From NCBI RefSeq assembly GCF_009914755.1, contig NC_060933.1: a stretch of 64,000 bases of DNA. One strand, 5' to 3'. The position numbers and the translations under genes were made by a program. Positions 1 through 11,500 of the stretch are shown here, one piece after another (position 1 is the first letter of the stretch; every line of letters starts with the position of its first letter). The notes below the pieces were generated by a model. The model made no database searches and was not told the DNA's origin. It saw only the letters and a program-made list of their open reading frames with translations. The DNA is from the human T2T-CHM13v2.0 reference genome, Homo sapiens.

Positions 1-1965
1 TGCAGAGCTATGTCAAAATGCCCCTGTAGGCAGAGCCCAGATAAATGTTACATCACCTGGGAGATCAGTGCAGAGATACGTCACAATACCCCCTGTAGGT
101 GGAGCCTAGAGAAGAGTTAGATCACCTGGGTGATCAGTGCAGAGATACGTCACAATAACCCCTGTAGGTGGAGCCTAGACAAGAGTTACATCACCTGAGT
201 GATCAGTACAGAAATATGTCACAAAGCCGCTGTAGGCCAAGCCTAGACAAGGGTTACATCTCCTGGGTGATCAGTGCAGAAATATGTCAGAAATCCCTGT
301 AGGCCGACCCAAGACAAGAGTTACATCTCCTGGGTGATCAGTGCAAAGATATGTCACAAAGCCCCCTGCAGACATATCCCAGAAAATTGGTACATCACCT
401 GGGCGATCAGTGGAGATATCTGTCACAATCCCCTTTAGGCGCAGCTTAGAGAAGCGTTACATCAGATGACTGATCAGTGCAGAGATATGTCGCTGTGCCC
501 CCATAGGCAGATCCAAGACAGGAGTCCATCACCTGGCTGATCAGTGCAGAAATATGTCACAATGCCGCCAGTAGGCAGATAAAGACAAGTATTACATCAC
601 CTGTGTGATCACTTCAGAGATATGTCAAAATGCCCCTGTAGGCATAGCCTAGACAAGAGTCTCATCACCTGGGTGATCAGTGCAGAGTTATGTCACAATG
701 CCTCCCTTTGGCAGAGCCTAGACAAAGGTTACATCACCTGGGTGATTGGGGCAGTGACATGTCACAATGCCACCTGTAAGCAGATCCCAGACACTAGTGG
801 CATAACCTCGGTGATCAGTGCAGAGATATGTCTCAAAACACCCTGTCGGGGAAGCCTATACAAGAGTTACATAATATCGGTGATCGGTGCAGTGATATGT
901 TAACATGCCCCTGAAGGCAGAGCCTAGACAAGAGTTACATCACCTGGGTGATCCGTGCAGAGATATCTCACAATAACCCTGTAAGCAGAGCCAAGACAAC
1001 AGTTACATCACCAGCGAGATAAGTGCAGAGATATGTCATAAATCTCAAAGAAGGCAAAGCCTAGACAAGTTTTACATCACCTCAGCGAGCAGTGCAGCGA
1101 TATTTCCCAATGTCCCTCTAGGCAGAGCTTAGACAAGAGTCACATGTCCTGGGTGATCAGTGCAGAGATAAGTAACAATGCCTCCATAGGAAGAGCCTAG
1201 ACAAGAGTTACCTAACCCAGGTGATCCGAACAGAGTGATGTCACAACGCCCTCTGTAGGCACAGACTAGAAAACCGTTACATCACCTGGGTGATCATCGC
1301 AGAGATATGTCACAATGCCCCCTGTAGGCAGAGCATAGACAAGAGTTGCACCACCTGGGTAATCAGTGCAGAGATATGTCACAATTTGCCCTGTAGTCAG
1401 AGCATAGAGAAACGTTGCATCACCTGGGTGATCAGTGCAGAGATATGTCACAATGTCCCCTGTAGGCAAAGGCTAGGCCGAGGGTTACATCGCGTTTGTC
1501 ATCAGTGCAGGGATATGTGAAAACGACCCTGGAAGCAGGGCTTAGGCGACTGTTATATCCCCTAATGATCGGTGCAGAGATATTTCACAATACTCCTGTA
1601 GGCAGATCCTAGTCAAGAGTTGAATCACCTGGGTGGTCAGTGCAGAGATATGTCACAAAGCTCCTGTAGGCAGAACTTAGATGAGTTACATCACTTGGGT
1701 GATCAGGGCAAAGCTATGTCACACAGCCCACTGTATGCAAAGCCTAGACAATATTTACATCACTTACTTGGGTGATCAGTGGCGAGATCTCTTACAATTC
1801 CCCTGTAGGCAGAGCTTATACAACAGTTTCATCACCTGAGTGATCAGTGCAGAGGTATGTCACAATGCCCCCATAGGCAGATCCAAGACAAGAGTCCGTC
1901 ACCTGGGTGATCAGAGTAGAGATATGTGAGAATTCCCGTGTAGGCAGAGCCTCGACAAGTTTTAC

Positions 1966-1979
1966 ATAACCTAGGTTAT
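1966..1979. other. Perfect 14-bp variant palindrome ATAACCTAGGTTAT (once per HOR)
   Basis: The sequence equals its own reverse complement and occupies the monomer position where the consensus is ATCACCTGGGTGAT. Confidence 0.9.
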
Positions 1980-2169
1980 CAGTGCCACTATAAATCATAA
2001 AGAATCCTGTAGGCAGAGCATAGACAAGAGTACCCTCCCCAGAGTGATCAGTGCAGAGATGTGTCACAAAGCCCATGCAGGCAGAGCCTTGACAAGAGTT
2101 TCATCACTTGGTGGATCAGTTCACAGATGTGTCAAAATGTCCATGTAGGCAGGTCTAAGACAAGAGTCC

Positions 2170-2183
2170 ATCACCCGGGTGAT
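2170..2183. other. Perfect 14-bp palindrome ATCACCCGGGTGAT (once per HOR), a perfect form of the monomer quasi-palindrome ATCACC-TG-GGTGAT
   Basis: The sequence equals its own reverse complement and recurs every 2,596 bp. Confidence 0.9.
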
Positions 2184-2455
2184 CAGTGAAGGGATATGTA
2201 CTAATGTCCCCTGCAGTCAGTGCCTAGACAAGAGTTGCCTCACCTCAGAGATCAGTGCAGAGATATGTCACAAAGCCTCCTGTAGGCAAAGCCCATACAA
2301 GGCTCACATCTCCTAGGTGACCAATACAGTGATATGTCACAAAAGTCCCTGAAGACAGAGCGTAGGAAAGAGTTACATCACCTGGTTTTTCAGCGCAGAT
2401 ACTTGACACAATGCCCCCATAGACAGAACCTAGACAAGACTTCCATCACCTGGGT

Positions 2456-2524
2456 GATCAGTGCAGAGATATGTCACAAATCCCCCTGTAGGCAGAGTAT
2501 AGAGAAGAGTCCCATCACCTGGGT
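2456..2524 (+). repeat. Representative near-consensus beta-satellite monomer (~69 bp)
   Basis: GATCAGTGCAGAGATATGTCACAAATCCCCCTGTAGGCAGAGTATAGAGAAGAGTCCCATCACCTGGGT, followed directly by the next GATCAGTGCAG. Confidence 0.9.
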
Positions 2525-5500
2525 GATCAGTGCAGTGATATTTCACAAATCCCCTGTGGGCAGAGTGGTCAAGAGTTACATAACCTAGGTGGTCTGTGCA
2601 GAGCTATGTCAAAATGCCCCTGTAGGCAGAGCCCAGATAAATGTTACATCACCTGGGAGATCAGTGCAGAGATACGTCACAATACCCCCTGTAGGTGGAG
2701 CCTAGAGAAGAGTTAGATCACCTGGGTGATCAGTGCAGAGATACGTCACAATAACCCCTGTAGGTGGAGCCTAGACAAGAGTTACATCACCTGAGTGATC
2801 AGTACAGAAATATGTCACAAAGCCGCTGTAGGCCAAGCCTAGACAAGGGTTACATCTCCTGGGTGATCAGTGCAGAAATATGTCAGAAATCCCTGTAGGC
2901 CGACCCAAGACAAGAGTTACATCTCCTGGGTGATCAGTGCAAAGATATGTCACAAAGCCCCCTGCAGACATATCCCAGAAAATTGGTACATCACCTGGGC
3001 GATCAGTGGAGATATCTGTCACAATCCCCTTTAGGCGCAGCTTAGAGAAGCGTTACATCAGATGACTGATCAGTGCAGAGATATGTCGCTGTGCCCCCAT
3101 AGGCAGATCCAAGACAGGAGTCCATCACCTGGCTGATCAGTGCAGAAATATGTCACAATGCCGCCAGTAGGCAGATAAAGACAAGTATTACATCACCTGT
3201 GTGATCACTTCAGAGATATGTCAAAATGCCCCTGTAGGCATAGCCTAGACAAGAGTCTCATCACCTGGGTGATCAGTGCAGAGTTATGTCACAATGCCTC
3301 CCTTTGGCAGAGCCTAGACAAAGGTTACATCACCTGGGTGATTGGGGCAGTGACATGTCACAATGCCACCTGTAAGCAGATCCCAGACACTAGTGGCATA
3401 ACCTCGGTGATCAGTGCAGAGATATGTCTCAAAACACCCTGTCGGGGAAGCCTATACAAGAGTTACATAATATCGGTGATCGGTGCAGTGATATGTTAAC
3501 ATGCCCCTGAAGGCAGAGCCTAGACAAGAGTTACATCACCTGGGTGATCCGTGCAGAGATATCTCACAATAACCCTGTAAGCAGAGCCAAGACAACAGTT
3601 ACATCACCAGCGAGATAAGTGCAGAGATATGTCATAAATCTCAAAGAAGGCAAAGCCTAGACAAGTTTTACATCACCTCAGCGAGCAGTGCAGCGATATT
3701 TCCCAATGTCCCTCTAGGCAGAGCTTAGACAAGAGTCACATGTCCTGGGTGATCAGTGCAGAGATAAGTAACAATGCCTCCATAGGAAGAGCCTAGACAA
3801 GAGTTACCTAACCCAGGTGATCCGAACAGAGTGATGTCACAACGCCCTCTGTAGGCACAGACTAGAAAACCGTTACATCACCTGGGTGATCATCGCAGAG
3901 ATATGTCACAATGCCCCCTGTAGGCAGAGCATAGACAAGAGTTGCACCACCTGGGTAATCAGTGCAGAGATATGTCACAATTTGCCCTGTAGTCAGAGCA
4001 TAGAGAAACGTTGCATCACCTGGGTGATCAGTGCAGAGATATGTCACAATGTCCCCTGTAGGCAAAGGCTAGGCCGAGGGTTACATCGCGTTTGTCATCA
4101 GTGCAGGGATATGTGAAAACGACCCTGGAAGCAGGGCTTAGGCGACTGTTATATCCCCTAATGATCGGTGCAGAGATATTTCACAATACTCCTGTAGGCA
4201 GATCCTAGTCAAGAGTTGAATCACCTGGGTGGTCAGTGCAGAGATATGTCACAAAGCTCCTGTAGGCAGAACTTAGATGAGTTACATCACTTGGGTGATC
4301 AGGGCAAAGCTATGTCACACAGCCCACTGTATGCAAAGCCTAGACAATATTTACATCACTTACTTGGGTGATCAGTGGCGAGATCTCTTACAATTCCCCT
4401 GTAGGCAGAGCTTATACAACAGTTTCATCACCTGAGTGATCAGTGCAGAGGTATGTCACAATGCCCCCATAGGCAGATCCAAGACAAGAGTCCGTCACCT
4501 GGGTGATCAGAGTAGAGATATGTGAGAATTCCCGTGTAGGCAGAGCCTCGACAAGTTTTACATAACCTAGGTTATCAGTGCCACTATAAATCATAAAGAA
4601 TCCTGTAGGCAGAGCATAGACAAGAGTACCCTCCCCAGAGTGATCAGTGCAGAGATGTGTCACAAAGCCCATGCAGGCAGAGCCTTGACAAGAGTTTCAT
4701 CACTTGGTGGATCAGTTCACAGATGTGTCAAAATGTCCATGTAGGCAGGTCTAAGACAAGAGTCCATCACCCGGGTGATCAGTGAAGGGATATGTACTAA
4801 TGTCCCCTGCAGTCAGTGCCTAGACAAGAGTTGCCTCACCTCAGAGATCAGTGCAGAGATATGTCACAAAGCCTCCTGTAGGCAAAGCCCATACAAGGCT
4901 CACATCTCCTAGGTGACCAATACAGTGATATGTCACAAAAGTCCCTGAAGACAGAGCGTAGGAAAGAGTTACATCACCTGGTTTTTCAGCGCAGATACTT
5001 GACACAATGCCCCCATAGACAGAACCTAGACAAGACTTCCATCACCTGGGTGATCAGTGCAGAGATATGTCACAAATCCCCCTGTAGGCAGAGTATAGAG
5101 AAGAGTCCCATCACCTGGGTGATCAGTGCAGTGATATTTCACAAATCCCCTGTGGGCAGAGTGGTCAAGAGTTACATAACCTAGGTGGTCTGTGCAGAGC
5201 TATGTCAAAATGCCCCTGTAGGCAGAGCCCAGATAAATGTTACATCACCTGGGAGATCAGTGCAGAGATACGTCACAATACCCCCTGTAGGTGGAGCCTA
5301 GAGAAGAGTTAGATCACCTGGGTGATCAGTGCAGAGATACGTCACAATAACCCCTGTAGGTGGAGCCTAGACAAGAGTTACATCACCTGAGTGATCAGTA
5401 CAGAAATATGTCACAAAGCCGCTGTAGGCCAAGCCTAGACAAGGGTTACATCTCCTGGGTGATCAGTGCAGAAATATGTCAGAAATCCCTGTAGGCCGAC

Positions 5501-8500
5501 CCAAGACAAGAGTTACATCTCCTGGGTGATCAGTGCAAAGATATGTCACAAAGCCCCCTGCAGACATATCCCAGAAAATTGGTACATCACCTGGGCGATC
5601 AGTGGAGATATCTGTCACAATCCCCTTTAGGCGCAGCTTAGAGAAGCGTTACATCAGATGACTGATCAGTGCAGAGATATGTCGCTGTGCCCCCATAGGC
5701 AGATCCAAGACAGGAGTCCATCACCTGGCTGATCAGTGCAGAAATATGTCACAATGCCGCCAGTAGGCAGATAAAGACAAGTATTACATCACCTGTGTGA
5801 TCACTTCAGAGATATGTCAAAATGCCCCTGTAGGCATAGCCTAGACAAGAGTCTCATCACCTGGGTGATCAGTGCAGAGTTATGTCACAATGCCTCCCTT
5901 TGGCAGAGCCTAGACAAAGGTTACATCACCTGGGTGATTGGGGCAGTGACATGTCACAATGCCACCTGTAAGCAGATCCCAGACACTAGTGGCATAACCT
6001 CGGTGATCAGTGCAGAGATATGTCTCAAAACACCCTGTCGGGGAAGCCTATACAAGAGTTACATAATATCGGTGATCGGTGCAGTGATATGTTAACATGC
6101 CCCTGAAGGCAGAGCCTAGACAAGAGTTACATCACCTGGGTGATCCGTGCAGAGATATCTCACAATAACCCTGTAAGCAGAGCCAAGACAACAGTTACAT
6201 CACCAGCGAGATAAGTGCAGAGATATGTCATAAATCTCAAAGAAGGCAAAGCCTAGACAAGTTTTACATCACCTCAGCGAGCAGTGCAGCGATATTTCCC
6301 AATGTCCCTCTAGGCAGAGCTTAGACAAGAGTCACATGTCCTGGGTGATCAGTGCAGAGATAAGTAACAATGCCTCCATAGGAAGAGCCTAGACAAGAGT
6401 TACCTAACCCAGGTGATCCGAACAGAGTGATGTCACAACGCCCTCTGTAGGCACAGACTAGAAAACCGTTACATCACCTGGGTGATCATCGCAGAGATAT
6501 GTCACAATGCCCCCTGTAGGCAGAGCATAGACAAGAGTTGCACCACCTGGGTAATCAGTGCAGAGATATGTCACAATTTGCCCTGTAGTCAGAGCATAGA
6601 GAAACGTTGCATCACCTGGGTGATCAGTGCAGAGATATGTCACAATGTCCCCTGTAGGCAAAGGCTAGGCCGAGGGTTACATCGCGTTTGTCATCAGTGC
6701 AGGGATATGTGAAAACGACCCTGGAGGCAGGGCTTAGGCGACTGTTATATCCCCTAATGATCGGTGCAGAGATATTTCACAATACTCCTGTAGGCAGATC
6801 CTAGTCAAGAGTTGAATCACCTGGGTGGTCAGTGCAGAGATATGTCACAAAGCTCCTGTAGGCAGAACTTAGATGAGTTACATCACTTGGGTGATCAGGG
6901 CAAAGCTATGTCACACAGCCCACTGTATGCAAAGCCTAGACAATATTTACATCACTTACTTGGGTGATCAGTGGCGAGATCTCTTACAATTCCCCTGTAG
7001 GCAGAGCTTATACAACAGTTTCATCACCTGAGTGATCAGTGCAGAGGTATGTCACAATGCCCCCATAGGCAGATCCAAGACAAGAGTCCGTCACCTGGGT
7101 GATCAGAGTAGAGATATGTGAGAATTCCCGTGTAGGCAGAGCCTCGACAAGTTTTACATAACCTAGGTTATCAGTGCCACTATAAATCATAAAGAATCCT
7201 GTAGGCAGAGCATAGACAAGAGTACCCTCCCCAGAGTGATCAGTGCAGAGATGTGTCACAAAGCCCATGCAGGCAGAGCCTTGACAAGAGTTTCATCACT
7301 TGGTGGATCAGTTCACAGATGTGTCAAAATGTCCATGTAGGCAGGTCTAAGACAAGAGTCCATCACCCGGGTGATCAGTGAAGGGATATGTACTAATGTC
7401 CCCTGCAGTCAGTGCCTAGACAAGAGTTGCCTCACCTCAGAGATCAGTGCAGAGATATGTCACAAAGCCTCCTGTAGGCAAAGCCCATACAAGGCTCACA
7501 TCTCCTAGGTGACCAATACAGTGATATGTCACAAAAGTCCCTGAAGACAGAGCGTAGGAAAGAGTTACATCACCTGGTTTTTCAGCGCAGATACTTGACA
7601 CAATGCCCCCATAGACAGAACCTAGACAAGACTTCCATCACCTGGGTGATCAGTGCAGAGATATGTCACAAATCCCCCTGTAGGCAGAGTATAGAGAAGA
7701 GTCCCATCACCTGGGTGATCAGTGCAGTGATATTTCACAAATCCCCTGTGGGCAGAGTGGTCAAGAGTTACATAACCTAGGTGGTCTGTGCAGAGCTATG
7801 TCAAAATGCCCCTGTAGGCAGAGCCCAGATAAATGTTACATCACCTGGGAGATCAGTGCAGAGATACGTCACAATACCCCCTGTAGGTGGAGCCTAGAGA
7901 AGAGTTAGATCACCTGGGTGATCAGTGCAGAGATACGTCACAATAACCCCTGTAGGTGGAGCCTAGACAAGAGTTACATCACCTGAGTGATCAGTACAGA
8001 AATATGTCACAAAGCCGCTGTAGGCCAAGCCTAGACAAGGGTTACATCTCCTGGGTGATCAGTGCAGAAATATGTCAGAAATCCCTGTAGGCCGACCCAA
8101 GACAAGAGTTACATCTCCTGGGTGATCAGTGCAAAGATATGTCACAAAGCCCCCTGCAGACATATCCCAGAAAATTGGTACATCACCTGGGCGATCAGTG
8201 GAGATATCTGTCACAATCCCCTTTAGGCGCAGCTTAGAGAAGCGTTACATCAGATGACTGATCAGTGCAGAGATATGTCGCTGTGCCCCCATAGGCAGAT
8301 CCAAGACAGGAGTCCATCACCTGGCTGATCAGTGCAGAAATATGTCACAATGCCGCCAGTAGGCAGATAAAGACAAGTATTACATCACCTGTGTGATCAC
8401 TTCAGAGATATGTCAAAATGCCCCTGTAGGCATAGCCTAGACAAGAGTCTCATCACCTGGGTGATCAGTGCAGAGTTATGTCACAATGCCTCCCTTTGGC

Positions 8501-11500
8501 AGAGCCTAGACAAAGGTTACATCACCTGGGTGATTGGGGCAGTGACATGTCACAATGCCACCTGTAAGCAGATCCCAGACACTAGTGGCATAACCTCGGT
8601 GATCAGTGCAGAGATATGTCTCAAAACACCCTGTCGGGGAAGCCTATACAAGAGTTACATAATATCGGTGATCGGTGCAGTGATATGTTAACATGCCCCT
8701 GAAGGCAGAGCCTAGACAAGAGTTACATCACCTGGGTGATCCGTGCAGAGATATCTCACAATAACCCTGTAAGCAGAGCCAAGACAACAGTTACATCACC
8801 AGCGAGATAAGTGCAGAGATATGTCATAAATCTCAAAGAAGGCAAAGCCTAGACAAGTTTTACATCACCTCAGCGAGCAGTGCAGCGATATTTCCCAATG
8901 TCCCTCTAGGCAGAGCTTAGACAAGAGTCACATGTCCTGGGTGATCAGTGCAGAGATAAGTAACAATGCCTCCATAGGAAGAGCCTAGACAAGAGTTACC
9001 TAACCCAGGTGATCCGAACAGAGTGATGTCACAACGCCCTCTGTAGGCACAGACTAGAAAACCGTTACATCACCTGGGTGATCATCGCAGAGATATGTCA
9101 CAATGCCCCCTGTAGGCAGAGCATAGACAAGAGTTGCACCACCTGGGTAATCAGTGCAGAGATATGTCACAATTTGCCCTGTAGTCAGAGCATAGAGAAA
9201 CGTTGCATCACCTGGGTGATCAGTGCAGAGATATGTCACAATGTCCCCTGTAGGCAAAGGCTAGGCCGAGGGTTACATCGCGTTTGTCATCAGTGCAGGG
9301 ATATGTGAAAACGACCCTGGAAGCAGGGCTTAGGCGACTGTTATATCCCCTAATGATCGGTGCAGAGATATTTCACAATACTCCTGTAGGCAGATCCTAG
9401 TCAAGAGTTGAATCACCTGGGTGGTCAGTGCAGAGATATGTCACAAAGCTCCTGTAGGCAGAACTTAGATGAGTTACATCACTTGGGTGATCAGGGCAAA
9501 GCTATGTCACACAGCCCACTGTATGCAAAGCCTAGACAATATTTACATCACTTACTTGGGTGATCAGTGGCGAGATCTCTTACAATTCCCCTGTAGGCAG
9601 AGCTTATACAACAGTTTCATCACCTGAGTGATCAGTGCAGAGGTATGTCACAATGCCCCCATAGGCAGATCCAAGACAAGAGTCCGTCACCTGGGTGATC
9701 AGAGTAGAGATATGTGAGAATTCCCGTGTAGGCAGAGCCTCGACAAGTTTTACATAACCTAGGTTATCAGTGCCACTATAAATCATAAAGAATCCTGTAG
9801 GCAGAGCATAGACAAGAGTACCCTCCCCAGAGTGATCAGTGCAGAGATGTGTCACAAAGCCCATGCAGGCAGAGCCTTGACAAGAGTTTCATCACTTGGT
9901 GGATCAGTTCACAGATGTGTCAAAATGTCCATGTAGGCAGGTCTAAGACAAGAGTCCATCACCCGGGTGATCAGTGAAGGGATATGTACTAATGTCCCCT
10001 GCAGTCAGTGCCTAGACAAGAGTTGCCTCACCTCAGAGATCAGTGCAGAGATATGTCACAAAGCCTCCTGTAGGCAAAGCCCATACAAGGCTCACATCTC
10101 CTAGGTGACCAATACAGTGATATGTCACAAAAGTCCCTGAAGACAGAGCGTAGGAAAGAGTTACATCACCTGGTTTTTCAGCGCAGATACTTGACACAAT
10201 GCCCCCATAGACAGAACCTAGACAAGACTTCCATCACCTGGGTGATCAGTGCAGAGATATGTCACAAATCCCCCTGTAGGCAGAGTATAGAGAAGAGTCC
10301 CATCACCTGGGTGATCAGTGCAGTGATATTTCACAAATCCCCTGTGGGCAGAGTGGTCAAGAGTTACATAACCTAGGTGGTCTGTGCAGAGCTATGTCAA
10401 AATGCCCCTGTAGGCAGAGCCCAGATAAATGTTACATCACCTGGGAGATCAGTGCAGAGATACGTCACAATACCCCCTGTAGGTGGAGCCTAGAGAAGAG
10501 TTAGATCACCTGGGTGATCAGTGCAGAGATACGTCACAATAACCCCTGTAGGTGGAGCCTAGACAAGAGTTACATCACCTGAGTGATCAGTACAGAAATA
10601 TGTCACAAAGCCGCTGTAGGCCAAGCCTAGACAAGGGTTACATCTCCTGGGTGATCAGTGCAGAAATATGTCAGAAATCCCTGTAGGCCGACCCAAGACA
10701 AGAGTTACATCTCCTGGGTGATCAGTGCAAAGATATGTCACAAAGCCCCCTGCAGACATATCCCAGAAAATTGGTACATCACCTGGGCGATCAGTGGAGA
10801 TATCTGTCACAATCCCCTTTAGGCGCAGCTTAGAGAAGCGTTACATCAGATGACTGATCAGTGCAGAGATATGTCGCTGTGCCCCCATAGGCAGATCCAA
10901 GACAGGAGTCCATCACCTGGCTGATCAGTGCAGAAATATGTCACAATGCCGCCAGTAGGCAGATAAAGACAAGTATTACATCACCTGTGTGATCACTTCA
11001 GAGATATGTCAAAATGCCCCTGTAGGCATAGCCTAGACAAGAGTCTCATCACCTGGGTGATCAGTGCAGAGTTATGTCACAATGCCTCCCTTTGGCAGAG
11101 CCTAGACAAAGGTTACATCACCTGGGTGATTGGGGCAGTGACATGTCACAATGCCACCTGTAAGCAGATCCCAGACACTAGTGGCATAACCTCGGTGATC
11201 AGTGCAGAGATATGTCTCAAAACACCCTGTCGGGGAAGCCTATACAAGAGTTACATAATATCGGTGATCGGTGCAGTGATATGTTAACATGCCCCTGAAG
11301 GCAGAGCCTAGACAAGAGTTACATCACCTGGGTGATCCGTGCAGAGATATCTCACAATAACCCTGTAAGCAGAGCCAAGACAACAGTTACATCACCAGCG
11401 AGATAAGTGCAGAGATATGTCATAAATCTCAAAGAAGGCAAAGCCTAGACAAGTTTTACATCACCTCAGCGAGCAGTGCAGTGATATTTCCCAATGTCCC

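Larger units (their letters stand above)
1..2596 (+). repeat. One complete HOR unit (38 diverged ~68-bp monomers; register arbitrary)
   Basis: TGCAGAGCTATGTCAAAATGCCCC at 1 recurs at 2597, 5193, 7789 etc. Manual count gives 38 GATCAGTGCAG-type anchors per unit (2596/38 = 68.3 bp). Landmarks seen once per unit: GAATTC (EcoRI) 1930-1935, CCCGGG (SmaI) 2174-2179, GTTAAC (HpaI) 899-904, ACTAGT (SpeI) 793-798. Confidence 0.95.

Noticed and set aside
1988-1995. TATA-like CTATAAAT once per HOR
   Set aside because: It is a degenerate form of the monomer's GAGATATGT segment. There is no supporting promoter context or transcript evidence.
2384-2392. Short T-run (GGTTTTTC) resembling a Pol III or intrinsic terminator
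   Set aside because: It is a mutated GGGTGATC with no upstream RNA gene or stable hairpin.
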